Positions 1-10,491 are shown, counted from the stretch's first letter. The stretch: DNA of 64,000 nucleotides from Bacteroidales bacterium (GCA_046542995.1 JBKHAH010000003.1:15566-79565); one strand, 5' to 3'. Numbers and translations: made by a program. Notes: a model not told the origin generated them from the sequence alone.

Positions 1-172
1 TGTTGGTTTCATATACTTTCAATTTTTTAATATGCAAAAATGGGGGAAAAGCGGGAATTATAAAAACGTAATCAGATATTTTATTTGGTAGTAGATATCT
101 CGGTTAATCACTTAGTTCGCTGCAACCTAATAAAACTATAGATTCTTTAATGATAGTAAATTATGTTTTGAT

Positions 173-180
173 TATATTTG
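173..180 (+). promoter_or_regulatory. Candidate Bacteroidota -7 promoter box (TATATTTG) upstream of the capA-like gene
   Basis: Matches TAnnTTTG consensus 18 nt upstream of ATG 198. Confidence 0.35.
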
Positions 181-197
181 AGCAAAATCTTTAGGAT

Positions 198-1424
198 ATG
201 CGTCATATTTTCGTAATTATCATATTGCTCTTTGCTTCGCAAGGTATTTATTCTCAGGAATCAGAGCGAGATAGCAGCTTAACCCTAATGTTTATTGGCG
301 ATGTAATGGGCCATGGCCCGCAGATTTCTGGTGCCTACTACGATGACATTGAAGGGTATTGCTACGATGATGTTTTTTCCCGTATGGCACCATTACTCAA
401 ACAGGCTGATTTTGCCATTGCTAACCTTGAGGTTACGTTGGCTGGACCTCCCTATAAGGGCTATCCTCAGTTTAGCTCACCCGATGAACTGGTGGATGGG
501 TTAACAAATTCTGGAGTAAATGTTCTGGTTAATGCTAATAATCATACCGTTGACAGGCACAAGAAGGGGATATTAAGAACAATTGATGTTCTGCATAATC
601 GAAACATCCCATTTGCGGGTGCATACAAAGATGCACAGAATCGCGATACAGCGTACCCTCTGGTTTTGGAAAAGAACGGAATTCGTGTAGCTCTGTTAAA
701 CTATACCTATGGCACTAATGGCATACCGGTTCCAAAGTCTACGGTTGTTAATTTAATTGATACAGCACTTATTAGAGCCGACTACAATAGGGCAATGAAA
801 CTTGATGTTGATGAAGTTATTGCCTTCATGCATTGGGGGTTAGAGTATAAACGTACACCCTCATTGAAGCAGCTAAAGCTCACTAAGTTTATGCACGATT
901 TAGGCATTCGCTTGGTAATTGGTTCTCATCCACATGTTTTACAGCGCATGGAGGCATCCTTTGATACTGATTCAACTATAGGAAGAGTAGCGGTTTTCTC
1001 CCTTGGTAATTACGTTTCAAATCAGCGACCACGATACCGTAACGGTGGCGCCGTTGCTGCAATTAACATTATTAAGAAGGGTGGAAAAACCAACATTGCC
1101 GATGCAGGGTACGCTTTGGTTTGGGTACATAGGATTAATATTGATGGAACAAATCGTTTTCGCGTTTTGCCAGTATCGGAGTATGAGCAAAAGGAGGATT
1201 ATCTTACTGGGAATGATTTGGCACTCTTCAGGCAATTTACAACCGATTCAAGAGAACTTCTTGAGCGCGAGAACTATAATTTTAATGAGATAGCATTTAG
1301 AGATGGACAGTGGATTATCCCTTGGGATTTACCAGCAGGGTTTATGCCAGGGAAAATTGAACGGATTGTGCCGTGGTTAAACTTTTATAAAGTTGATTCT
1401 CAGATTGAATTAATTGTGGAATGA
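198..1424 (+). CDS. CapA-family (PGA_cap) metallophosphatase-like capsule biosynthesis protein, secreted
   Basis: 408-aa ORF. Signal peptide MRHIFVIIILLFASQGIYS. Family motifs FIGDVMGHG, NANNHTVD, MHWGLEY, GSHPHVLQ. Confidence 0.75.
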   Translation: MRHIFVIIILLFASQGIYSQESERDSSLTLMFIGDVMGHGPQISGAYYDDIEGYCYDDVFSRMAPLLKQADFAIANLEVTLAGPPYKGYPQFSSPDELVDGLTNSGVNVLVNANNHTVDRHKKGILRTIDVLHNRNIPFAGAYKDAQNRDTAYPLVLEKNGIRVALLNYTYGTNGIPVPKSTVVNLIDTALIRADYNRAMKLDVDEVIAFMHWGLEYKRTPSLKQLKLTKFMHDLGIRLVIGSHPHVLQRMEASFDTDSTIGRVAVFSLGNYVSNQRPRYRNGGAVAAINIIKKGGKTNIADAGYALVWVHRINIDGTNRFRVLPVSEYEQKEDYLTGNDLALFRQFTTDSRELLERENYNFNEIAFRDGQWIIPWDLPAGFMPGKIERIVPWLNFYKVDSQIELIVE

Positions 1425-1619
1425 AATTTTACTGAATGGTGAATCATCCGGTAAGATTGTTATTCTCATCAGTCTGATATTCGAAATCTTTTATACGAAT
1501 GCTGCAAGTTTTGTTGGTAGAGTTTTGTATTTAATACGAATGCGTGTTGGGTTTGTTCCTCCATTTTTAAAACATCCAAATCATTACCGTAATTTATTTA
1601 ATTACACTATTTTTGCAGA

Positions 1620-1627
1620 TATTTTTG
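1620..1627 (+). promoter_or_regulatory. Candidate -7 box (TATTTTTG) for glyQS; a second identical box lies at 1608-1615
   Basis: Tandem TATTTTTGCA repeated 12 nt apart, 45 nt upstream of ATG 1672. Confidence 0.35.
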
Positions 1628-1671
1628 CAACTTGATATAAATTGAATATTAACTAGATAAAGTAACACTAA

Positions 1672-3222
1672 ATGACTCAAGAAGATTTATTCAAAAAGCT
1701 TATAGCGCACTGTAAGGAGTATGGTTTTGTTTTTCAAAGTAGCGAAATTTACGATGGGCTTAGCGCTGTTTACGATTATGCACAAAATGGGGTTGAGCTA
1801 AAAAATAATATACGCCAGTACTGGTGGGACTCCATGACTCGCCTTCATGATAATATCGTAGGGCTCGATTCGGCTATATTCATGCATCCAAAGGTGTGGG
1901 TAGCATCGGGGCACGTTGGCTCATTTAACGACCCACTAATTGATAATAAGGACAGTAAAAAACGTTATCGTGCCGATGTGCTGATTGAAGACTGGGTGGC
2001 CAAGCAGGAGGAGAAGATTGCCAAGGAAGTGAGGAAGGCAAGAAAACGCTTTGGCGATGGCTTTGACGAGAAGATGTTTCTTCAAACGAATCAAAGGGTG
2101 CTTGAAGTTTCGGAGCGAATTAATACCGTAAACGAAAGGATGGTTAAGGCGCTTGAGGATAATAATTTGCCAGAGGTTAAAAAGATTATTGAGGATTGTG
2201 AAATAGCATGCCCCATATCTGGAACCAAGAACTGGACGGATGTTCGGCAGTTTAATCTCATGTTCGAAACCAAGATGGGTTCCGTTAGTGATGATGCCAA
2301 TAGTATCTACCTCAGACCCGAAACGGCACAAGGTATTTTTGCAAACTACCTTAATGTGCAGAAAACGAGCCGTATGAAGCTCCCATTTGGCATTGCTCAG
2401 ATTGGGAAGGCGTTCCGTAACGAGATTGTTGCCCGCCAGTTCATTTTCCGTATGAGGGAGTTTGAGCAGATGGAGATGCAATACTTTGTTCGCCCAGGTG
2501 AGGAGCAGAAGTGGTTCGAGTTCTGGAAGCAGAAACGAATGAACTGGCACAAAGCGCTCGGACTGGGCGATGAAAATTATCGTTTTCATGAGCACGACAA
2601 GCTGGCCCATTACGCCAACGCAGCTTTCGATATTGAGTTTAAGTTTCCATTTGGATTTAAGGAGGTTGAGGGGATTCACTCACGTACTAACTTTGACCTT
2701 AGCCAGCATCAGGAGCATTCAGGCAAAAAGCTACAGTACTTCGACCCCGAAACCAAGGAGAGCTACGTACCATACGTGGTAGAGACATCCATTGGACTCG
2801 ACCGTACCTTCCTGCTTGTACTTGCAGCGGCATACACCGAGGAAAAAATTACAAAGGATGATGGCACCGAGGATGAACGTATCGTTCTTCGTCTTCCACC
2901 TGCTCTCGCACCGGTTAAACTAGCAGTATTCCCCTTAATTAAGAAGGATGGACTGCCAGAGAAAGCTCGCCAGATAATGGACGACCTGAAGATTGATTTC
3001 AACTGCCAGTACGAGGAGAAGGATAGCATTGGCAAGCGCTACCGTAGGCACGATGCCATAGGTACACCCTTTTGCATAACCATTGACCATCAAACCATTG
3101 AGGATAACACCGTAACCATCCGCCATCGCGATACCATGGAGCAGGAGAGGGTAGATGCTGGAGAACTCAGGGAGTTAATGGAGGAGAAGGTTAGCCTTAA
3201 GAAGTTGCTAAGGAATATTTAG
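1672..3222 (+). CDS. glyQS: Glycine--tRNA ligase (class II, alpha2 type)
   Basis: 516 aa. N-terminal FVFQSSEIYDGLSAVYDY, class-II motif FRNEIVARQFIFRMREFEQMEMQYF, C-terminal anticodon-binding domain. Confidence 0.95.
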   Translation: MTQEDLFKKLIAHCKEYGFVFQSSEIYDGLSAVYDYAQNGVELKNNIRQYWWDSMTRLHDNIVGLDSAIFMHPKVWVASGHVGSFNDPLIDNKDSKKRYRADVLIEDWVAKQEEKIAKEVRKARKRFGDGFDEKMFLQTNQRVLEVSERINTVNERMVKALEDNNLPEVKKIIEDCEIACPISGTKNWTDVRQFNLMFETKMGSVSDDANSIYLRPETAQGIFANYLNVQKTSRMKLPFGIAQIGKAFRNEIVARQFIFRMREFEQMEMQYFVRPGEEQKWFEFWKQKRMNWHKALGLGDENYRFHEHDKLAHYANAAFDIEFKFPFGFKEVEGIHSRTNFDLSQHQEHSGKKLQYFDPETKESYVPYVVETSIGLDRTFLLVLAAAYTEEKITKDDGTEDERIVLRLPPALAPVKLAVFPLIKKDGLPEKARQIMDDLKIDFNCQYEEKDSIGKRYRRHDAIGTPFCITIDHQTIEDNTVTIRHRDTMEQERVDAGELRELMEEKVSLKKLLRNI

Positions 3223-3308
3223 CAGTCGTGTTAAGCAAAAATACGTGTAATTCAGGTATATTATCTTATATATCTTTACGTTGGGTTATACAATAAGTTT
3301 TACTGCAA

Positions 3309-4184
3309 ATGAGCAATATTCTAATTACAGGAGCTACAGGCAATGTTGGTTTTGAAGTGATACGGCATTTGTACCAAATGGGTACCTCAAGCAGGATTGT
3401 AGCGGGTGTTAGAAATATAGAAAAGGCAAAAATGACTTTTTCCGATTTCCCTGAGCTGGAATATGTTCAATTCGATTTTGAGGACTCAAGTACTTTTGAC
3501 AACGCGTTAACGGGTATCGATAGAGTTTTTCTTTTAAGACCACCTCATATTTCAGATGCTGATAAATTTTTTAGACCCCTGATTTCAAAGATTAGGAATA
3601 ATAGCATCAAAGAGATTGTTTTTTTATCCGTTCAGGGTGCAGAAAAAAGCAAAATAATACCTCATAACAAAATTGAGCGCCTCATAACAGAGTTTGGCCT
3701 TAACCATATTTTTATTCGCCCAAGTTACTTCATGCAAAACCTTACCACTACCCTTATTGGTGATATTAAAACCAAAAGAGAGATTGTTTTACCTTCGGGG
3801 CAGGCAAAATTTAACTGGATTGATATAGAAAACATAGGAGAGGTTGGAGCAATTCTGCTTGAAAAATTTGGAAGTTATAAAAATCAAGCGTATGAAATAA
3901 CAGGATTGGAAAATTTGAGTTTTGCTCAGGTAACCTCACTAATTAATAATGCAATTAAAAATCCAATTCGATATAAGAATGTTAACCCTTTAAAATTCTT
4001 TCTTATTAAAAAAAGGGAAGGAGTGAGCCACGGGTTGATCATTGTTATGACGCTACTTCACTTTTTGCCAAGATTTCAGAAGGAACCGAGAGTTTCAGGT
4101 TTTTACGAGCAGTTAACGGGGAACAAACCAACGGACATAAAAACGTTCATTTATAAAGAGAAGAGCAAGTTTGAAATGCAGTAA
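3309..4184 (+). CDS. NmrA-like / atypical SDR NAD(P)-binding protein
   Basis: 291 aa. N-terminal Rossmann motif ITGATGNVGFEV; length and layout of the NmrA family. Confidence 0.65.
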   Translation: MSNILITGATGNVGFEVIRHLYQMGTSSRIVAGVRNIEKAKMTFSDFPELEYVQFDFEDSSTFDNALTGIDRVFLLRPPHISDADKFFRPLISKIRNNSIKEIVFLSVQGAEKSKIIPHNKIERLITEFGLNHIFIRPSYFMQNLTTTLIGDIKTKREIVLPSGQAKFNWIDIENIGEVGAILLEKFGSYKNQAYEITGLENLSFAQVTSLINNAIKNPIRYKNVNPLKFFLIKKREGVSHGLIIVMTLLHFLPRFQKEPRVSGFYEQLTGNKPTDIKTFIYKEKSKFEMQ

Positions 4185-4326
4185 TGCTCGTTACCAAAAC
4201 CCAATGTTCAGGGGTTGATGTTAGTCTCTAACTATAACCTATCATTAAGGTCAACAAGAATTACAGTAATACGTCTCTTAGCTAATAGATAAAGAAAATG
4301 CCTAATCGTTAAACTAAAATTGTAAA

Positions 4327-5631
4327 GTGCGAAAAAAGGTGCTAATAATAACATACTACTGGCCTCCTGCCGGGGGCAGTGGTGTACAGCGATGGCTAAA
4401 GTTTGCAAAGCACCTTCGCAGTTTTGGGTGGGAACCTATAGTTTACACTGCAAAAAATCCTGAAGCACCAGTTATTGATAATTCGCTTGAAAAGGATGTG
4501 CCGGAGGGCATAACAGTTATCAAGACCAAAGTGCTTGAGCCATATAGGCTATTCCGTTTTTTTACACGGAGTAGTTCAAATATGGGAGCGGGCTTCGCTT
4601 CATCCGATGGCAAAAGAACCAGCTGGCTGCATAAGCTATCCGTTTGGATTAGGGGGAACGTCTTTATCCCCGACGCCCGTATGCTCTGGATAAAACCGTC
4701 AATTCGTGCCCTAAGCACTTACCTTAAAAAGAATAAGGTTGATATGATTGTTTCTACGGGTCCACCACACAGTACCCACCTTATCGCACTTGGTTTAAAG
4801 CGGAAGTTTGATGTTTCCTGGATTGCAGATTTTCGTGACCCATGGACCAATATTGATTACTCTAACGACCTGATGCTCACGAAACGCTCAAAAAACAAGC
4901 ATCAGAAGTTGGAGGAGAAGGTCATTAAAACTGCCGATAAAATTATTGTTGTATCACCACAAATGAAGGAGGAGTTTAAGCACCACAGGGAATTTGGCAT
5001 ACATATAATTACAAATGGTTTCGATGAGGATGATTTTCAGCAATCAACCAAAAGATTGGATGACGCTTTTACCGTTACCCATGTTGGCTCATTGCCCCCC
5101 AATAGAAACAGCTCGGCCCTTTGGAAGGTGCTTTCAAATTTGGTTGAAACGGATTACAACTTTGCCTCTAAGCTATCTGTTCAGTTTGTAGGAAAAGTCG
5201 ATTCTTCAATCATAAAAGAAATAGAAAACCATAGGCTAAAAAAGCACTGCAAGTTTCATGGTTATTTGCAGCATGAGAAAGGCGTTGAGATTATGCAGCG
5301 CTCTCAGGTGCTTCTATTGTTGGTAAACCAAAGCCCCAATGCGAAAGGTATTTTAACGGGCAAGGTCTTTGAGTATTTGGCTGCAAAACGCCCGATACTT
5401 GCTCTGGGACCTGAGGGTGGTGACGTGGAGAACCTTATCCTGGAAACCCAAGCCGGGGTTTTTGCACAGTTCAATAATGAGCAGGATATTAAATCTAAAG
5501 TAAACTGGCTTTGGAAAGAGTATGAAAACGGTTACCCTTCGCTTTCTCCATCCAATTATCAAAGATACTCCAGAAAAAACCTAACCCATAGCTTAGTCCA
5601 GCTTATGGATGCTATGACAAAAAGAGGTTAG
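4327..5631 (+). CDS. Glycosyltransferase (GT-B fold, GT4-like)
   Basis: 434 aa, GTG start. N-terminal YYWPPAGGSGVQR motif and C-terminal GKVFEYLAAKRPIL region typical of GT4-like enzymes. Sits next to wecB. Confidence 0.7.
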   Translation: MRKKVLIITYYWPPAGGSGVQRWLKFAKHLRSFGWEPIVYTAKNPEAPVIDNSLEKDVPEGITVIKTKVLEPYRLFRFFTRSSSNMGAGFASSDGKRTSWLHKLSVWIRGNVFIPDARMLWIKPSIRALSTYLKKNKVDMIVSTGPPHSTHLIALGLKRKFDVSWIADFRDPWTNIDYSNDLMLTKRSKNKHQKLEEKVIKTADKIIVVSPQMKEEFKHHREFGIHIITNGFDEDDFQQSTKRLDDAFTVTHVGSLPPNRNSSALWKVLSNLVETDYNFASKLSVQFVGKVDSSIIKEIENHRLKKHCKFHGYLQHEKGVEIMQRSQVLLLLVNQSPNAKGILTGKVFEYLAAKRPILALGPEGGDVENLILETQAGVFAQFNNEQDIKSKVNWLWKEYENGYPSLSPSNYQRYSRKNLTHSLVQLMDAMTKRG

Positions 5632-5677
5632 TCGCATACATCATATTTCGCTATCTTTACAGCAAACTATTAATTAT

Positions 5678-6751
5678 ATGAAGATACTTACCGTAGTAGG
5701 AGCTAGGCCACAGTTTATTAAGGCAGCAACCGTTAGTCGTCAGTTAAAAAAGGTGGGTATAAAGGAGGCGATTCTTCATACGGGTCAGCATTTTGACCAT
5801 AACATGTCGCAGGTGTTTTTTGAGGAGATGGAGATTCCAACGCCCGACTATAATCTTAATATTCATGGGCTCAACCATGGTGCCATGACGGGTCGTATGC
5901 TCGAAGGCATTGAGAGGATATTACTAAAAGATAAACCAAACCTGATGATGGTTTATGGCGATACAAACTCAACGCTGGCGGGAGCCCTCGCAGCTCAAAA
6001 GCTCCATATCCCTGTAGCACACGTTGAGGCGGGACTTAGATCATACAACATGAGCATGCCCGAGGAGACCAACAGAATACTAACCGATAGAATTTCCAAT
6101 TACCTTTTTTGCCCAACCCAAACAGCGGTAAACAATCTAAACAAGGAGGGCTTTAGCAGCTTCAATTGCACCATTGAAAACTCAGGCGATGTAATGCTTG
6201 ATGCAGCCTTATTTTATGGAGAACGCTCATCAAAAAAATCAACAGCTATAAAAAATCATGGCTTAGATTCAGATTTTGTGCTGGCAACCGTTCATCGTCA
6301 GGAAAATACTGATAACCCGGACCGGCTAAAAAGCATAGTTGAGTCATTCAATACCATTAACCAAGATGTTAAAGTGGTTGTTCCGCTACACCCACGCACA
6401 AGTAAGAAAATAAGTGAGCTAAAATTAAAGGTTGATTTTTTAACCATTCCTCCGGTTGGGTACTTTGATATGGTTGAACTATTGAAGAGTTGTACTGTAG
6501 TTATGACTGATAGTGGAGGTTTACAGAAGGAGGCCTTCTTTTTTAAAAAAAGTTGTATAACTTTACGGCAGGAAACTGAATGGACCGAACTTGTTGACGG
6601 GGGGTACAACTATCTTGCAGGAAACCAGCAGGATGAAGTTATTAGTAGTTTTAGAAAAGCGCTGAAACAAACCCCAGATTTTTCAAAGCAACTATATGGA
6701 AGTGGCAATGCTGCAACCAAGATTGTAAATACCTTAAGGACTTTACCCTAA
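5678..6751 (+). CDS. wecB: UDP-N-acetylglucosamine 2-epimerase (non-hydrolysing)
   Basis: 357 aa. Motifs VVGARPQFIK, HTGQH, GDTNSTLAGALAA, HVEAGLRS, DSGGLQKEA. Confidence 0.9.
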   Translation: MKILTVVGARPQFIKAATVSRQLKKVGIKEAILHTGQHFDHNMSQVFFEEMEIPTPDYNLNIHGLNHGAMTGRMLEGIERILLKDKPNLMMVYGDTNSTLAGALAAQKLHIPVAHVEAGLRSYNMSMPEETNRILTDRISNYLFCPTQTAVNNLNKEGFSSFNCTIENSGDVMLDAALFYGERSSKKSTAIKNHGLDSDFVLATVHRQENTDNPDRLKSIVESFNTINQDVKVVVPLHPRTSKKISELKLKVDFLTIPPVGYFDMVELLKSCTVVMTDSGGLQKEAFFFKKSCITLRQETEWTELVDGGYNYLAGNQQDEVISSFRKALKQTPDFSKQLYGSGNAATKIVNTLRTLP

Positions 6752-6791
6752 AACCATTAAGCCTCTTTTTTAGTATTTTAAAAAAGAATTG

Positions 6792-7385
6792 ATGATTAGA
6801 CTATTCCCTGATGAGAAGTGGAGTGTGCTGCCATTTAAGGGCAACAGCGGATTAAACTATGCCGTTTCAAATTACGGTAGGGTTGCTAGTTTTAGCAAAT
6901 CAATTACCGAAGGTAGGCTCGTGGGTGGCACTTCAAAAAAAGGTTATAGATACCTGAAGCTATTTAAAATAATTGATGGGAAGAGGCTGTCGTACACCTA
7001 CTATGTGCATAGGCTGGTTGCCCAGTATTTCGTTCCCAAAAGAGAAGAAGGACAGGATTTTGTTATTCATCTTAACTATAAGAAGGACGATAACCGCCAC
7101 ATCAACATAAAGTGGGCTACAAGAGAAGAGGTTGAGGAGCATCACAGCAAAAATCCTAGGGTTATAGCCGACCGGAAACGCCTTCAACAGCACAATAAGT
7201 TGCACAATTATAAATTAACCGATGAAAAGGTAAAAATACTTAAACGTAAACTTTTTGACCCCAATAGGAAAACTAGGTTAAAGATGCTGGCCCGCCAGTT
7301 TGGAGTAAGCGAAATGCAGCTTCATCGTATTAAAACGGGTGAGAACTGGGGGCATGTGAAAATTGATAAAATTAAACATTGTTAA
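6792..7385 (+). CDS. Free-standing NUMOD4 / HNH_3 homing-endonuclease-like protein with C-terminal HTH
   Basis: EKWSVLPF...YAVSNYGRVAS (NUMOD4). YVHRLVAQYF...HLNYKKDDNRHINIKWATREE (HNH_3-like). LARQFGVSEMQLHRIKTGENWGHV (HTH). The ORF track starts at TTG 6789; ATG is the next codon. Confidence 0.75.
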   Translation: MIRLFPDEKWSVLPFKGNSGLNYAVSNYGRVASFSKSITEGRLVGGTSKKGYRYLKLFKIIDGKRLSYTYYVHRLVAQYFVPKREEGQDFVIHLNYKKDDNRHINIKWATREEVEEHHSKNPRVIADRKRLQQHNKLHNYKLTDEKVKILKRKLFDPNRKTRLKMLARQFGVSEMQLHRIKTGENWGHVKIDKIKHC

Positions 7386-7447
7386 TGGACCCCAAAAGCC
7401 CTCATTTTGTTTAAATATCTACAAAACCAATTAAAGTTATTCTTTTA

Positions 7448-8974
7448 ATGGAGATACTATTTCTACTTGCAGCATACCTATTCGGACTTGGAGCACAAAC
7501 ACTTAAATTACCTCCTCTGGTTGGTTATTTATCTGCTGGGTTTTTACTTGCAGCATTCGGGATAGAAACAACTGAAAATCTCAATACCATTGCCAACCTG
7601 GGCGTAGTTATAATGCTCTTTACCGTTGGATTAAAAATCCGTTTCCGTAATATATTTGTAAAGGAAATTGTTGGCACAGGATTTATATACACCTTCCTAA
7701 CCACGTTGCTTTTTGCTGGAGTAGGGTATCTTATAGGTTATGGGTTGCTTGGGTCTATGTATGTTGGGCTAATGCTCAGTTTTTCGAGTACCGTATTCAC
7801 CGCAAAAATCCTTGACGATTATGACGACCTTGGTGCTTACTATGGACGTATTGCAATAGGTATTTTAATTATTCAAGATATAGTTGCAGTTACTGTCCTT
7901 GGATTTACCGGGTTAGAGGAACCATCCATTTGGGCTATTACATTGCTGGGTTTGCCCATACTTATTCCTTTGCTTCAAAAATTGTTGAACAGAACAGGGC
8001 ACGGTGAACTTATGCTGGTTCTTGGTATTGCATTAGCTTTATCGGGAGCATGGTTGTTTCAGTATTTTGGCATGAGCGATAAGCTGGGGGCGCTTGTAGT
8101 AGGCATCTTAATATCAAATAATAAGAAGGGAGAGGAGCTTGGTAAAACTTTGTGGGGCCTAAAGGAGGCTTTTCTTGTAGCCTTCTTTCTGAACATCGGA
8201 CTTATGGGAGTTCCTAATGGAGAGGACTTTCTACTGGTCGGGTTATTCCTATTGCTATTGCCCCTTAAAGGGTTTGCCTATTTCTTTTTATTAAAACTTT
8301 TTGGATTGAGAAATAGGACCGCATTCTGGAGTAGCTCCGTTTTATTCTGTTATAGTGAATTTGGTCTGATTGCCGGAGCCGGTGCAGTTTCAGCAGGCTT
8401 AATTAATGAAAGTGTACTGGCTATGATGGGACTGTTAGTAACAATTTCGTTCGTATTATTGGGGATTTTGCAAAAGTGGATGTCCGATATTTACGATAGG
8501 TTCTTCTCTTTCCTTGATTTGATGCAACCAGCTGCAAAAACTCCAGACCACCTCCCCTTATGTATCGGAAGTTCAAAATTCCTGGTGGTTGGAATGGGCG
8601 TTTGTGGTACTTCAACCTACGATTATCTAAAGGGGAAAAAAGTAAGGGTGTTGGGTATTGATTCTGATCCCAACGTTATTCTTGAACACAGAGAGCAAGG
8701 GCGGAGGGTAATTTATGGCAATGCTATTGATAAAGCTTTTTGGCAAAGATGTAATTTGGATCAGGTACTAGGCATTAGTGTTTGTTTGCCAGTTATGGAT
8801 GAGAAAGTTACTGTAATTAAAAAGCTCAGAAAGTTAGGATACAAAAATAAAATAGATACCTATTGTGACTATGATGACGAAGCTAAAATCTTAAAGGATG
8901 CTGGAGCGTCCGAGTTGGTTTCTCCTCGCAAGCTAACAGGTGAAAGTTTGGGGCATATTATAAACCAGGAGTAG
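7448..8974 (+). CDS. Cation:proton antiporter (CPA2/Kef-like) with C-terminal TrkA-N/RCK-like domain
   Basis: 508 aa. About 10 hydrophobic helices, then the Rossmann-like segment FLVVGMGVCGTSTYDYL. Confidence 0.8.
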   Translation: MEILFLLAAYLFGLGAQTLKLPPLVGYLSAGFLLAAFGIETTENLNTIANLGVVIMLFTVGLKIRFRNIFVKEIVGTGFIYTFLTTLLFAGVGYLIGYGLLGSMYVGLMLSFSSTVFTAKILDDYDDLGAYYGRIAIGILIIQDIVAVTVLGFTGLEEPSIWAITLLGLPILIPLLQKLLNRTGHGELMLVLGIALALSGAWLFQYFGMSDKLGALVVGILISNNKKGEELGKTLWGLKEAFLVAFFLNIGLMGVPNGEDFLLVGLFLLLLPLKGFAYFFLLKLFGLRNRTAFWSSSVLFCYSEFGLIAGAGAVSAGLINESVLAMMGLLVTISFVLLGILQKWMSDIYDRFFSFLDLMQPAAKTPDHLPLCIGSSKFLVVGMGVCGTSTYDYLKGKKVRVLGIDSDPNVILEHREQGRRVIYGNAIDKAFWQRCNLDQVLGISVCLPVMDEKVTVIKKLRKLGYKNKIDTYCDYDDEAKILKDAGASELVSPRKLTGESLGHIINQE

Positions 8975-8990
8975 AGGTTTATGTTGCAAA

Positions 8991-9022
8991 AAGCAACGCT
9001 ACTTGAATGTCTAGCGTTGCTT
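8991..9022. terminator. Bidirectional hairpin terminator between convergent kef-like and kbl genes
   Basis: Perfect 11-bp inverted repeat AAGCAACGCTA / TAGCGTTGCTT with a 10-nt loop. Confidence 0.55.
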
Positions 9023-9045
9023 CCTAATCGAAATGATATGTTTAT

Positions 9046-10236
9046 TTAAGAAATTACCTTGAACTCCTTCCCAATCTTCTTGAAAGCCTCAATGCATTGA
9101 TCAAGGTCCTCTTTTGAGTGAGCCGCAGAGATTTGAACCCTTATTCTTGCCTGTTCTTTAGGAACTACCGGGTAATAGAATCCAATTACATAAATTCCTT
9201 CATCTAAGAGTTTTGCTGCCATATCCTGCGATAGCTTTGCGTCGTAAAGCATTACTGCAACAATGGCGCTTTGAGTTGGTTTAATGTCAAATCCTGCCTC
9301 TTTCATGGCATTCATAAAGTACTGGGTGTTATCCGAGAGCTTATCGTGCAGCTCGTTACTCTGTTCAAGCATGCTAAATGCTTCAATTCCTGCTCCAACA
9401 ATGGCAGGTGGCATTGAGTTTGAGAAAAGGTAGGGTCTTGATCGCTGGCGAAGCATGTCAATTATCTCTTTACGACCTGTGGTAAAACCACCGCAACCAC
9501 CACCAAAAGCCTTGCCCAGAGTACCTGTAATAATATCGGCTTTGCCTTTTATGTTGAACAGTTCTGTTACGCCCCTGCCGGTTTCTCCTACTACACCAGC
9601 CGAGTGGCTCTCATCAATCATTACCATGGCTTCGTATTTTTCTGCCAGCTCAGCAATCTTGTCCATTGGTGCAACATTGCCATCCATCGAGAAAACCCCA
9701 TCGGTTACAATAACCCTGAAGCGTTGTGCTTGCGCTAGCTTTAGTTGCTCCTCAAGGTCTTCCATGTCAGCATTCTTGTAGCGGTAACGCTGAGCTTTGC
9801 AAAGCCTAACCCCATCAATAATTGAGGCATGATTTAGCGCATCGGATATTATGGCGTCATCCTCAGTTAAAATTGGCTCAAAAACCCCGCCATTGGCATC
9901 AAATGCGGCTATGTAAAGAATTGTATCCTCAGTTCCAAAGTAATTGGATATTTTTTCTTCCAGCTGCTTGTGAATATCCTGCGTTCCGCAGATAAATCGA
10001 ACCGACGACATACCAAAACCATGCGAGTCCATGGTATCTTTTGCTGCCTTTACTAAATTAGGGTGATTTGAAAGACCAAGGTAGTTGTTTGCGCAAAAGT
10101 TTAGAACCTCCTGCCCTGTGCTAACCCTAATTTTTGCCTGCTGTGCAGAGGTGATTATTCGCTCTTCCTTAAAAAGGCCTGCTTCTTTAATCGATTTTAG
10201 CTCAGTGGCCAAATGCTCCTTAATTTTTCCGTACAT
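9046..10236 (-). CDS. kbl: Glycine C-acetyltransferase (2-amino-3-ketobutyrate CoA ligase)
   Basis: PLP alpha-oxoamine synthase motifs NFCANNYLGL, DESHSAGVVG, GTLGKAFGG. Start moved to the MYGKIKEHL ATG because a TAnnTTTG box lies inside the longer ORF (to 10302). Confidence 0.9.
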   Translation of the reverse strand: MYGKIKEHLATELKSIKEAGLFKEERIITSAQQAKIRVSTGQEVLNFCANNYLGLSNHPNLVKAAKDTMDSHGFGMSSVRFICGTQDIHKQLEEKISNYFGTEDTILYIAAFDANGGVFEPILTEDDAIISDALNHASIIDGVRLCKAQRYRYKNADMEDLEEQLKLAQAQRFRVIVTDGVFSMDGNVAPMDKIAELAEKYEAMVMIDESHSAGVVGETGRGVTELFNIKGKADIITGTLGKAFGGGCGGFTTGRKEIIDMLRQRSRPYLFSNSMPPAIVGAGIEAFSMLEQSNELHDKLSDNTQYFMNAMKEAGFDIKPTQSAIVAVMLYDAKLSQDMAAKLLDEGIYVIGFYYPVVPKEQARIRVQISAAHSKEDLDQCIEAFKKIGKEFKVIS

Positions 10237-10270
10237 ATTGTTATTTTTTGATTTTTTATATTCCCTGATA

Positions 10271-10278
10271 CAAAGGTA
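10271..10278 (-). promoter_or_regulatory. Candidate -7 box (TACCTTTG on minus strand) for kbl
   Basis: Plus strand reads CAAAGGTA, 35 nt upstream of ATG 10236. Confidence 0.35.
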
Positions 10279-10491
10279 AAGTAATTTTTTTATTTGCATC
10301 ACATGCTTTTAAAAAGGAGAACGGGCGCACTATGCACCCCATTTTAAACCATTCGCATGTTAATGAAGTGAATGCCAGATAAAAAAAGTTGAAAAATTAA
10401 TTGCGAATAGTATTGTTTTGTTAAACCAGTTTTATATATTCGCACTTTATCAACAGTTAATTAACTTTCTGCCACCGTAAAATTATTTATA

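Noticed and set aside
1414-1635. 73-aa intergenic ORF between the capA-like gene and glyQS
   Set aside because: It has no motif or signal and overlaps the candidate glyQS promoter boxes. A 10-bp direct repeat (ATACGAATGC, twice) is present, but I see no function to attach to it.
1936-2679. 247-aa minus-strand ORF
   Set aside because: It is a shadow ORF fully inside the well-supported glyQS gene, with no recognisable motifs.
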